Source of the DNA: Promethearchaeota archaeon
Lineage (GTDB): Archaea; Asgardarchaeota; Lokiarchaeia; Sigyniarchaeales; SOKP01
Assembly: GCA_030599585.1 (NCBI GenBank)
Contig: JAUVNS010000009.1
Location: forward strand, 149,233 to 213,232
Reading direction: 5' to 3'
DNA length: 64,000 nt
This document shows, one piece after another, positions 1 to 10,042 of the stretch. Made by a program: the position numbers and the translations under genes. The number at the start of each line of letters is the position of its first letter. Positions within the stretch are counted from its first letter, which is position 1. The notes below the pieces were generated by a model. It had not been told where the DNA came from and did not search any database. It saw only the letters and a program-made list of their open reading frames with translations.

Positions 1-444
1 GAGAATTACAAAATATATTTCAATCATAATTGTAATTTCGTTACCTAGGAACAGTATATAAAGAAAAAATTAGAATTTGGTTAATTCTGGAAAATAAAAA
101 CTTTTATTATCAAGAAAAACGAATATCAATAATCATTTATCCATAAAATCTGTTAATTTTCGAAGTTTTACCAAACTTATTTAATAATTTGCATACTAGT
201 ATTTTCAAATAAAAGTAATGAAAAGAAAATACCAAAGAGAGATGAAATCTTCACTAATTCTGTCGATTTAGATGAAATAAACTTAATATAGAGCAAACAT
301 TTTAGAATCCTACTCATTCTCAGCAAAAATATATTTAATTGCCTTACTTGATGACAACTCAAGATTTATCGTGGCAGCCGAATACATTAAAGACCAAAAG
401 AGATTAAATATGTTAAAAATTTGAAATTAACGATTAGATAAGTC

Positions 445-921
445 TTAATTTTTAACCTTGTATTTTTTCAACCTCACGAGCCAATATACACTAGCAATAA
501 TGGAGACCAAAATTAATATAATGACTAGATTACCGAGTACGATGTACAATTGACCAGGTATAGACCAATAGATTATTGAAATAGCAAATCCTATAAATAC
601 TATAAAGATACTGTTTATTAATACGATTATTTGATGAGCCAGCACGTGTTTGTTCCCTAGTTTTGCACGATAAATCAATACACACCCTTCAACTAAAAAA
701 CAAATAACAATCAAAAAGTCAGTATAAATTAACAAGGTTCCCGAAATATATGGTAAATCTCTCCACAACCTTAAAAATCCCGAAAAAATAAATATGATAC
801 CTAGTACTAATGTGCTAATCGGTTTTATAAACGGTTTTAATGGTTCTCCTGTTCCAGATGAAATGGGTAATTCCAACTTTATTTTTTTTTTTTCCAGTTT
901 TATTTCACCACTATAATACAC
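445..921 (-). CDS. Hypothetical integral membrane protein (about 4 TM helices)
   Basis: 158-aa ORF with four long hydrophobic stretches; start codon uncertain. Confidence 0.6.
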   Translation of the reverse strand: MYYSGEIKLEKKKIKLELPISSGTGEPLKPFIKPISTLVLGIIFIFSGFLRLWRDLPYISGTLLIYTDFLIVICFLVEGCVLIYRAKLGNKHVLAHQIIVLINSIFIVFIGFAISIIYWSIPGQLYIVLGNLVIILILVSIIASVYWLVRLKKYKVKN

Positions 922-1059
922 TTTATTACAGTATTTAAATGTTTCTGTAAAGGGATTAATTGGTGGCCACTCAGGACCTCGATCTTGATAATATTTTGAA
1001 TTAACAATTTGATTAAAAAAAAAATGAATTTATTAAGCTTTTTCTTAAGCCATACTTTA

Positions 1060-1520
1060 CTATATTGAGTGCCATATCCAATCGTGTTGGAATTCTCTAT
1101 AAATAAGATACATTAATACGCCGTAATCAATAGCAGGCCAAAAAAGGAAATTGTACACAGCAGATCCAGAAGAGGCATATCCATGTATATACGAGCCTAT
1201 TGGAGGCCACCCAAAGAACTCAAAAGACATCCAAGCGCCACCACTAGGATGATAATCCCCACTAATAGTTAGACAGGTCCAAATATTCCAAATTGTAAGA
1301 CCTATTATTACACTAAATATTGGATTTAGAGTGACAGTCCAGCCTAAAATAATCAAGATAAGTTGTAAAATATTTTCAAAAGTAACTATAGTACTCCATT
1401 CATACGCAGAAAATTTAATATGGAAGACAACGGAAGAAGCTATTAGCCATCCAAACCATCCAAATGTATTCCTTAATTCTATTTTAGTATAAACTAATGG
1501 TATAATTTGCTCCGGGTTTT
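1060..1520 (-). pseudogene. 3' remnant of a Trp/Gly-rich hydrophobic protein
   Basis: The frame of ORF 1060..1356 stays open upstream to about 1520 (…ELRNTFGWFGWLIASSVVFHIKF…) with no ATG; the 5' part is disrupted near the tandem duplication. Confidence 0.45.
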
Positions 1521-1570
1521 TCTATAAATTTCAAAGAAATTTTCATTGAAATCAGACTTTTATTTAGTAC

Positions 1571-1813
1571 CTAAGAGGTAAATGATTTCAACACTCTGTA
1601 GAGAGGAAATACTAATGGCATAAGATATATCAGAATATCTATAGGTGTTAATAAACCGGAATTTGCTAGAATGAATATTCCAACTATCAGAATATCTCTA
1701 AGAGGTAAATGATTTCAACACTCTGTAGAGAGGAAATACTAATGGCATAAGATATATCAGAATATCTATAGGTGTTAATAAACCGGAATTTGCTAGAATG
1801 AATATTCCAACTA
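1571..1813. repeat. 116-bp exact direct repeat (1571-1686 and 1698-1813) with an 11-bp spacer
   Basis: Identical text ctaagaggtaaatg…gaatattccaacta occurs twice, period 127 bp. Confidence 0.95.
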
Positions 1814-2370
1814 GATTTTTCAACAAAAATGGTATGCTTTCCTTGCACTTGGATGTACATACCCTTCTGGGCTAGCGGGGATTCCACCTGCCCCAGCACC
1901 TGGCAGTGGTTTCTCCCCATGTTTCTTTTTCATATGTTCTTCATATTGTTTCCTTAAATCTTCGTCCATAGGGGTGTCGCTAGGATAAGAAGTCCAATAA
2001 TCCAACCAATATTTCAAACTTTTCTTACCTGCTTTAAGACTATCTCATAAAAAATAGGAATAATCTTAAGTTGTATATAATCGTTGTAAACGATTGTGAA
2101 AAATTGGATTTGGGATTACTAAGAAGAATTAGAAAAAATTGTAGTTTGAAGAAAATTCATTTCTTTGGTACTTGTAATGAGAAGTTAAGAAGAAAATGTC
2201 TTGAATTTTTTAATTTTTGTCAAGATCCGATTTACCTCAGTAGATTTACTTTAAATCAATTAGAAGATATAGGTAATTACTATACAGACAAAGCTGAATT
2301 CAATCAAATTAGTAAAGGCTCTTTTTTCTGAGTTTCCTCCTAAGTCGGCATTTTCGTGAACTATAACGGG

Positions 2371-2766
2371 TTAAGTATTAATTTCCATTGCTGTTTTATC
2401 TTGCGATTCTGCAGCTTCAGATTGAAGCTCTGAGTATGTTGGTATCCATTTTAGATCTACAGGTGCTATTTCAATTGTCAATTCCGCTGTTTTGTAATCT
2501 TTATTACTCTCAGCACTGTAAACAACGATTGCTATGAATGGACTCTCCTTGAGATAAATTGCTGTCAGCTCAAGATTTTTTGGTACTTCATTTGGCAAAT
2601 AAATTGATAGATTATAGTTTTTTGCTGTTTCTAACATCATTTCTAATGAGACTTCACTGGATGTTCCGTAAATATCAGGTGGTTTTAAAAAATTTGAGGG
2701 TGTTGACGAAATAGAACAAGAAATAACAAAAAATTGGAATATAAAATTCAATAATAAATCTGACAA
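2371..2766 (-). pseudogene. Fragment of a hypothetical exported protein
   Basis: Protein-like core (PPDIYG…IYLPNEVPKNLELTAIY…LTIEIAP) with poor start and abrupt end. Confidence 0.4.
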
Positions 2767-2859
2767 AACATTTATTAACTAACATTGAATCTTACAAATT
2801 AGTCAAATTATTTTTGACATTTTTATAAAAAAAAAGACATACACTAAGAAGGTGAAATT

Positions 2860-4293
2860 TTGAATTTAAAAAATAGTTTAAGTCGTAAAACAATTGCTCT
2901 TTTCATTATAGCTGCTTTTTTACTACCGTCATTCAGTTTAATAACAATGGTTGCTGCTGAAGAACAAACATATCAAAATATAACTGTAGACACAGCTAAT
3001 TATATGATAGAACATGAAAATAAATATCCGAACCTTTTTATTTTAGATGTTAGAGATACAATCGAATTTAACTTAGGTCATTTATTCGATTCTATTCTAA
3101 TACCCCTCAATGGACTTGAAGCAAGAATCGGTGAACTTGAAGATTATAAGACTTCTGAGATAATAATTTACTGTAAATCTGGTTATCGAAGTCAACAAGC
3201 AAGTGAAATTTTAGGTGAATATGGTTTTACAAAAATATATAATATACTTGGTGGCATTTTAGCATGGATTGATGCTGATTATCCAATTTGGACAACTTCA
3301 CACCATATTACAGTAGATGAAATTACCGATACAAAATTTGAATTACTAATAGAACCACAGCTTTTGTATTATTCAGGTTGTTATTCTTGTGATGAGAATT
3401 ATGAATGTCCAAGTCAAAGTGAATCAATAAGTATAACTTCTGAGGTGTTAGAACAAGGAGAAAATTATTTAAAAACTATCACGTACTATGATTTTAATGG
3501 AACGGTCTATGAGTCTATTCATACTACTACTTTATTATGGAGTTATGACAAAGTTACAAATGACATCAATAAGACTATCTATTTCACATCAACAGAAATT
3601 ATGTCAGAAAATTCTCTTTTCCAATTTTATCAGTTAGATTATTTTATAGATCACCAGAATTACAAGTTGACAATTCATACCACCCTTGAACCTGAACCTC
3701 AAAATTTAGACACTTATAGTGTTGCTTTTAGCACTATAAAGTATGTTCCTGTCAACGGAAACCCTATAACTTCAATGGAATTTATTAAATTCAACATGTC
3801 CGTTACATTATCACAACAATACGACATTTTAGCTGATATCGCGGAAGAAATGGCAGAGATTTATAAAAAATCAGATGATCAAGACATAATGACGCTTCAC
3901 GAAGGTTATATTAATATAGGGGATGAATTTAGCTCTCTTTCCGAATTAGTAAAAGAACAACTTGCAGCATATGATTATCACATCCTTAAAAGTTATGCAG
4001 CTTTGGCAGATGCTTTTATACCTAATGGCGGTGGTGGTGGTGATCCTCCTCCACCTTGTACACCAGATCCGTTTTGCCTTGTAGTATGTAATTTCATTCT
4101 TGATCTTGGTTGTGCTCTTGGAGTGGCGGTTATTTGTATATATGTATGTGCTATTCCGTGCGCAATTCCTCCTCTTTGGCCGGCTTGTGTTGTTTGTACA
4201 ATTGCGTGTGTTGCTATCGGATTTACTTTATGCTACCTTATTGGGGTTTATGGTGTTAGCCCGGGTTGTGAATGGTTATGTTGTCAAGTATAA
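2860..4293 (+). CDS. Secreted rhodanese-domain protein with C-terminal Cys-rich halocin-C8-like domain
   Basis: N-terminal signal peptide (…ITMVAA|EE); rhodanese motifs ILDVRD…EF..GH, IIIYCKSGYRS, LGGILAW; GGGGG-DPPPP linker then a hydrophobic tail of about 80 aa with 14 Cys; AGGTGA RBS upstream. Confidence 0.8.
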   Translation: MNLKNSLSRKTIALFIIAAFLLPSFSLITMVAAEEQTYQNITVDTANYMIEHENKYPNLFILDVRDTIEFNLGHLFDSILIPLNGLEARIGELEDYKTSEIIIYCKSGYRSQQASEILGEYGFTKIYNILGGILAWIDADYPIWTTSHHITVDEITDTKFELLIEPQLLYYSGCYSCDENYECPSQSESISITSEVLEQGENYLKTITYYDFNGTVYESIHTTTLLWSYDKVTNDINKTIYFTSTEIMSENSLFQFYQLDYFIDHQNYKLTIHTTLEPEPQNLDTYSVAFSTIKYVPVNGNPITSMEFIKFNMSVTLSQQYDILADIAEEMAEIYKKSDDQDIMTLHEGYINIGDEFSSLSELVKEQLAAYDYHILKSYAALADAFIPNGGGGGDPPPPCTPDPFCLVVCNFILDLGCALGVAVICIYVCAIPCAIPPLWPACVVCTIACVAIGFTLCYLIGVYGVSPGCEWLCCQV

Positions 4294-4475
4294 TAAAATC
4301 AAAGAATAATAAATACAAGGAAAAGGAAATTTTATACAAAATTTTTTTTTTTTTTAATAATATATAATTTACTCTTGATCTCTGTTAATTTCCATAAAGA
4401 ATTGTTTTAACTCAAAAAAATTAAAGTAAAATCAAAAATTTCTACCATAAAACATAAAATAAAGGAGGTTAGGAA

Positions 4476-4673
4476 ATGAAAAAGTATAAAAAAGTTAATG
4501 CTATGGTTGGATTAGTAGGTTTACCAATTGCTATCATTACTGGGTTGATTTTCGATTTAATATTAGAAAGAGATCTACTAGAGGGTCTTATTTTCTCAAT
4601 ATCATTTGGATTAGTATTTGTTATTACTTGGATGGTGGCGGCTACTATCTGGAAAGGAAAAAAAGAAAATTAA
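4476..4673 (+). CDS. Small 2-TM membrane protein, candidate immunity protein
   Basis: 65 aa, two hydrophobic helices, basic ends, strong AGGAGG RBS; directly downstream of the Cys-rich precursor. Confidence 0.7.
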   Translation: MKKYKKVNAMVGLVGLPIAIITGLIFDLILERDLLEGLIFSISFGLVFVITWMVAATIWKGKKEN

Positions 4674-4716
4674 ATTTTTATTATTAATGATTTAATTACT
4701 TTAAATTCAAATTAAT

Positions 4717-5493
4717 TTTAAATTCTTTGACTCTATAAAGAGACATCCTGAAAAAGCGAAGAAATGGGAGCTAAGAAAAAAAAGTATAGAAACTTATTGT
4801 AGTAAAAATGGATTGTTATACTTAGTAGTTACTGATGATGAGATATTTGGTAATAGACTCGACAATATTCAAATTTTTAGGAAGAATAAAATTGTCCCAG
4901 GGCTTTTACCAAAAGTTAAACCGATAATTCAATCAATTTTAAAAAGTAAGGGAAGGTTCTCTCGAATTGATCTTGCAATCGAAATTTCAAAAATTATTAA
5001 AAAGGATGTAAAAGAAATAATTCCTTCGATTGACCACCTTATTTACTTTGACTTTTTCTTATTAGATTTTAACACAAAAATAGCCGATAATACAAATCTT
5101 TCATTAAAAGGAAGGATTAAATCATTATTATATCCTTTAGATGAATATTTTATAAAATTGCAAAAGATTAATACAAAAAATAAGAAAACACTAAATTTAT
5201 CGTTAAATACTAATGAGAAAGAACCAGATGCAAATTCAAAGGACTTACGAGAATTTTATGCTTTACCAGAAAAAATACAATTAGAAATAAGAAGAAAAAT
5301 TCAATTTTTGAAAATTTTTGACTCTGAAGTCTTATCAACAGAAGACATTAATGATTTTGCAGGAAGTAATCAAATCAGTAAATCTTCATTATATTATTGG
5401 AAAAAAAATTACGACCAATATGGATGGACTGGGTTAATTCCAGATTATTCTAAAAAGGGAAGGATAAAATGTTTTATTAAGTGTCATGATTAA
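4717..5493 (+). pseudogene. Remnant of a fused TnsA-TnsB (Tn7-like transposase)
   Basis: In-frame KWELRKKSIETYCSKNGLLYLVVTDDEI…LDNI and IDHLI..F.LDF (TnsA-like), then ISKSSLYYWKKNYDQYGWTGLIPDYSKKGR (TnsB N-terminal HTH). No start and no DDE domain. Confidence 0.65.
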
Positions 5494-5766
5494 ATTTGAA
5501 TTTGTTGGATTTGACTTTAAACGTTTTATCTTTTCTGTTTTTAATAATTTACATTTTTATAAAAAGTTTTTCCTCTCAACTCTAGTTTATCCTAATCCTA
5601 ATGGACTATTAGATTGTCTTTATAACTTAACTTTTAATAGAGTTTTTCTATTAGTTAATCGGTAGAATTTATTTTTTTTCAAAAGTATCTGAATATTCTT
5701 TTCCAAAACAGATTACTTGAGTTAAATAATGGAGAATATCATAAAAATATTCCAAGTCCAAACAGG

Positions 5767-6411
5767 ATGCTGATCCACATGATTTCAATTGATGCTTTAA
5801 ATGCAAACAGATCACTCGATCTTGAAATAGTGTTCAATAATTTTGAAAATCATTTAAAACCACCTGGTTGCATTCTCGGTAGAGGAGTTGAGCGAAATTA
5901 TCATGGATTACTTGTATCTTGTGGTCCTGATCCATATTCGGATAACTACGTAGGATATGTTCAATTATACAGGAATGGAATGATAGAAGCTATTGACAGT
6001 TCTCTTTTAAAACCAACTACCCAACTTCATGGTAGGAGTTATTCTAAACCCGTAAAAAAACTTGGAATGTGGGATTTGGAAAAAAATATTATCCGTTCAT
6101 GCAAAATGTATCTAAATACTTTAAAGAAGATAGAAGTAAGTCTGCCTATTTATCTTTTTCTTTCATTTATTCATATGAGAGATTATAAGATTTCATTAGT
6201 TCCTTATGAAAATACATTTATCAGCAGAGACTCGGAATTAACTAAAAAAGATGAGATTCTACTTCAGAGGATAAAAATTGATGATTTTGAGGTTGATTTT
6301 GAAAAAAAATTAAAACCTTCTTTTGATATATTTTGGAATGCGTTTAATCAGCCAGGTTCAAGAAATTATGATAGGAATGGGAGATTTATTAAGGATATTT
6401 ACCAAAAATAA
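5767..6411 (+). pseudogene. C-terminal part of an AlbA_2/Schlafen-domain-associated protein
   Basis: YVQLYRNGMIEA and LKPSFDIFWNAFNQPGSRNYD.NG motifs, typical of the C-terminus of AlbA_2 proteins; the N-terminal domain is absent. Confidence 0.55.
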
Positions 6412-6455
6412 TTCAAGAGATATTTTATATACAAAAATCTATTGATAGTATAGAA

Positions 6456-6929
6456 GTGGATGATATTTCTTATCTATCTCTTGAAGAGAATGCTTTTAAG
6501 AATTTTCCAAAAACCCTATATCAATGTACTCGGCTTGAATCTCTAAATATGTCACCTAATGATATTACCACACTAAAAGATCAAGATGGTCATAATACTT
6601 TTGATAATTTAAGGAGGTTAGTAACAGTGGATCTGAGTTATAATTCGCTGCAGGATATCATTGATATCCGCCCCCTTAACAATTTAGAAAAATTAAATTT
6701 AAGTTATAATAAGATTTCGGATATTAGCAGTAATTTTTTAAACAATTTACCTAGCCATGAATTTCAATTGATTCTAAAAAATAATTCAATAACTACTCTT
6801 GATATTAACACATTTGGTAAAAAAAGTTGTAAGTTAACCCTATCGAGTGATATCACTTTTACTAACGATCAAGATAAAGCTAAATACAAAGAGCTCAAAA
6901 CAGCTGAACGGATAATCATACAATCGTGA
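6456..6929 (+). CDS. Leucine-rich repeat protein (probably N-terminally truncated)
   Basis: LxxLxLSxNxI repeats (LESLNMSPNDI, LVTVDLSYNSL, LEKLNLSYNKI). Confidence 0.7.
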   Translation: MDDISYLSLEENAFKNFPKTLYQCTRLESLNMSPNDITTLKDQDGHNTFDNLRRLVTVDLSYNSLQDIIDIRPLNNLEKLNLSYNKISDISSNFLNNLPSHEFQLILKNNSITTLDINTFGKKSCKLTLSSDITFTNDQDKAKYKELKTAERIIIQS

Positions 6930-6942
6930 AAAAAGATTTAGA

Positions 6943-7045
6943 ACGAGAGTCCATAAAAATTATTGCACCTTTATCGGTCTCTTTTCTTATCGGACGACCG
7001 GAAGCTTGGTTTGCTTGTTGCATAGCAGGATATAAATGCACAAAC
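6943..7045 (-). pseudogene. Fragment of XPD/Rad3-family helicase motif VI
   Basis: Minus strand translates to LYPAMQQANQASGRPIRKETDKGAIIFMDSR (QxxGRxIR…D.G…D.R); not in the ORF track. Confidence 0.75.
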
Positions 7046-7394
7046 ACCGCATAAAGAATTGAGCAAACTTAAGATATGTATAAGTAATGAATCTTTTTGC
7101 TTGCTCTGGGTCAACTATAATAAGAAAATTATCGCTAAGAAGTAACTCTAAGCTCTTACTTTTAACACCTTTCTACCACCCGATTCGACCAATTCTAAAG
7201 GATCGATCCAGTCAATGTGAACCGAAAAGAAAGATTGCTTTAAAGGAATTAAATTTAGTGGTATTTAAAGAAAAAAATTTTTCTTGTGAACAAATTCTTT
7301 TTACGAGAAGAGATTCATAAAATTCAACACATCGCAATACACGAGGAAAACAATTATATAAACTATAATGGAGAGAATTGGATTGAATATATTA

Positions 7395-7673
7395 CTAAAA
7401 GAACAGAATTGGAAGCACATTACATGTCTTTACATCTATTCCCGTTGCTTCGCTTGGAGTCTTTATCTTAAAATTAGAGCTTTTATTTACTTCATTAATT
7501 AATTCGATAATGGTGTCTATTTCCTCTTTATAATCTTTAAAAATTTTATCTTTCTTCTTTGGAAATTGGTACATTAAGAACCCAAGGATTTTTGGTTTGC
7601 ATATTGTCGCTTGTATTTTACTGATTTTCATACATAGACTCGTAATGCTCCGTCGATTTAAAATTAAGAGCAT
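7395..7673 (-). CDS. Hypothetical protein
   Basis: 92-aa ORF overlapping the end of 7618..8106. Confidence 0.35.
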   Translation of the reverse strand: MLLILNRRSITSLCMKISKIQATICKPKILGFLMYQFPKKKDKIFKDYKEEIDTIIELINEVNKSSNFKIKTPSEATGIDVKTCNVLPILFF

Positions 7674-8106
7674 TCAGCACTTCGAAAGCGCGAAATAGAG
7701 GACTGTTTTCCCATTTTTTCGTAACTTCCCTGCCATAAGGAGTTAAGAACGCCTTATGGGGTTCTATCGAATGGAGTTCGATGTCTTTAAAATCGACCAA
7801 GTTAAGCTCTTTAAAACGCTTGAGAGCGGTGTGCCAATTAGTTTTTACCCGATATATCGGGATTGGAAACTTCACGATCTCTTTAGGCGTCTCATAGGTA
7901 GATATTTTGTATAGAAGATACACCGTAGCGGGGTGCACGTTGATTAATTTTCTAAGGATGCTGACATTGTCTATTTCGTACAATTTACAAGGAAACAACT
8001 CGCTTTTGTCTAATATATCTTGAATTTCTCCGTTTTCGCTCTTTCCTACATCCATCACATCGTTTACTCTTTTCGTTTGTGTTTGGGGCATAAGACTCAG
8101 GCTCAT
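7618..8106 (-). CDS. Hypothetical protein, possible winged-helix
   Basis: ALKRFKELNLVD…FLTPYGREV resembles a wHTH wing. Confidence 0.55.
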   Translation of the reverse strand: MSLSLMPQTQTKRVNDVMDVGKSENGEIQDILDKSELFPCKLYEIDNVSILRKLINVHPATVYLLYKISTYETPKEIVKFPIPIYRVKTNWHTALKRFKELNLVDFKDIELHSIEPHKAFLTPYGREVTKKWENSPLFRAFEVLNALNFKSTEHYESMYENQ

Positions 8107-8275
8107 TTAATCGTAATGTTAACTTTGGTAACTGTTAATCGTATTTAAAAGAAAAATCAAAAATTTGCTTTTGTTCTAATAATATTTCTCAAAAACGAAT
8201 ATAAATGATTTAAATTAAATGCATTCATACTTCTCAGAAAAGGTGAACACCCTTCTTCCTTTATTTTATTTTTAG

Positions 8276-8283
8276 TTTAAATA
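8276..8283 (+). promoter_or_regulatory. Putative archaeal TATA box
   Basis: TTTAAATA 30 nt upstream of the ATG at 8313, consistent with a near-leaderless transcript. Confidence 0.4.
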
Positions 8284-8312
8284 TATACAACAATATGGGT
8301 AATTGAAGAACT

Positions 8313-9257
8313 ATGAATAACGAAATTATTATAATTATGGGATATCCCGCATCAGGGAAAACTGTTATTGCTAAAGAGTACGAAAAGCAAGGGTTTCGCA
8401 GAATAAATAGAGATAACCTTGGTGGATCTTTGGGCGATTTAGTTAAGCATGTAGAACGCCAATATTCAGAAAACGGCACAACTCTGTTCGTTCTGGATAA
8501 CACCTACCCGACGGTAGAATCCCGACAGTCAATTATCAAATGGGCCCACGACAACGATTTCAAGATAAATTGTAAGCACATTACCATTGAAGTAGGAGAC
8601 GCCTTGTATAATGCTTCTAAGCGGTTGATCGACACCTACGGTAAGCTTTTAAATCCGGAAGAGATAAAAAAGACCAAAGAGGTGGGAGTGTACCCTCCGG
8701 TAGTTATCTACAAGTATCGCAAGACGGTTCAGACTCCAAAAAAAGAAGAGGGATTTCACAGCGTAGAAAAGATAAAGTTTAAGCGAATAATTGATAAAAC
8801 GGAGTATAAAAACAAAGCTATTATTTTAGATTACGACGGAACTCTTAGAAAAACAAAATCGGGAGAGAGATACCCATCCACACCTGAAGATATTGAGATA
8901 CTTCCTAACCGAGCCCAAGTTTTGAAAGATTATCAAAATAGGGGGTACCTCTTATTAGGAGTGTCAAACCAATCCTTTGTTGCAAAAGGCGATTTCACTT
9001 TAGAAGAGTTAATTGAATGCTTTGACAACACCCATAAGCTATTAGGGATCGATTTCGAGTATGCGTTTTGTCCTCACTCTGCGTTTCCTCAGATTTGTTA
9101 TTGCAGGAAGCCGATGCCTGGAATCGGAGTAGAATTTATCGAAAGATATAAACTCGATCCTTCCCAGTGTATCATGGTTGGCGATATGAAAGTCGACAAC
9201 ACCTTTGCTAACCGTTGTGGGTTTCAGTTCGTTCACGCAGACGAGTTTTTTAGATAG
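8313..9257 (+). CDS. Polynucleotide kinase/phosphatase-like protein (P-loop kinase + HAD-IIIA phosphatase)
   Basis: GYPASGKT Walker A, RINRD, VLDNT; then LDYDGTL, VSNQ, CPH…CYCRKPMPG, MVGD…D. Confidence 0.85.
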   Translation: MNNEIIIIMGYPASGKTVIAKEYEKQGFRRINRDNLGGSLGDLVKHVERQYSENGTTLFVLDNTYPTVESRQSIIKWAHDNDFKINCKHITIEVGDALYNASKRLIDTYGKLLNPEEIKKTKEVGVYPPVVIYKYRKTVQTPKKEEGFHSVEKIKFKRIIDKTEYKNKAIILDYDGTLRKTKSGERYPSTPEDIEILPNRAQVLKDYQNRGYLLLGVSNQSFVAKGDFTLEELIECFDNTHKLLGIDFEYAFCPHSAFPQICYCRKPMPGIGVEFIERYKLDPSQCIMVGDMKVDNTFANRCGFQFVHADEFFR

Positions 9258-9449
9258 TAAATTACATAAATGCTATCTGGAAAATTCAATTTTTTTTGAA
9301 GAATAACACTGTTATTTTATGCAAAAACATTAAAAAACTCCAATATCGTTTAATCAGAATTAAGCGATGTTTATATATCTCGGGAATCTTAAATAAAGAA
9401 ATTCGTTGGACTCCGACGTGAAGGTCCTACATGAAGTAATTCGGCTACG

Positions 9450-9809
9450 TTAAACTTGTCGTAAAATCTGGTTTTTTCTATATGGATCGTAATTGAAGAG
9501 AAAAGGATTTAATTCCTCGCAAATTAACCTGTATAACGTATCGATCTCCTCTTGGAATTGATCTTTTTCGGGAGAATCAGCTCTTCGCCTGTAATAATCC
9601 CGAATTGTGTATGCAAATACGAGTACAATTTTAGTGTCTCGAAAATCAGGGTTTATTTTTGATTTCGCCGTTTTTAATAGTTGTTCCTTAGCTTCTAATA
9701 CTTGTGCCTCACCGATAAAAGTGTCTTTTAGCTCGTCTTTCTCTTTTTCCACTTTATCTATCATTTCTTTAATTTTTTTTCTATATTCATCGTTACCTTT
9801 TTTTTCCAT
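9450..9809 (-). CDS. Hypothetical coiled-coil protein
   Basis: 119-aa ORF, ATG start, charged helical composition. Confidence 0.6.
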   Translation of the reverse strand: MEKKGNDEYRKKIKEMIDKVEKEKDELKDTFIGEAQVLEAKEQLLKTAKSKINPDFRDTKIVLVFAYTIRDYYRRRADSPEKDQFQEEIDTLYRLICEELNPFLFNYDPYRKNQILRQV

Positions 9810-10042
9810 AATTGTCCCTTTCTTCTTTATTATCTACTTTTTTAAAGAGCATGCTCGTTTTATGCTTTATCGGTTTTAAAAAACCTAACGAATTATTGAA
9901 GTAAAATCTAGTAAGAAATACACCCATTCTGAAATAATTTGGATCTTTTTTTTATAACCTTACCAAGTTTTAAAAACTAAGTTATCTATTTACAATATTG
10001 TAAATTCTTTTTTAATGCGAAATTTAGAAAAGGTAATTTAAT

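Noticed and set aside
1571-1813. CRISPR array
   Set aside because: Only two 116-bp copies, no unique spacers and no cas genes.
2071-2331. AAA+ ATPase fragment (IIVVNDCEKL, Walker-B-like)
   Set aside because: Too short and degenerate to support.
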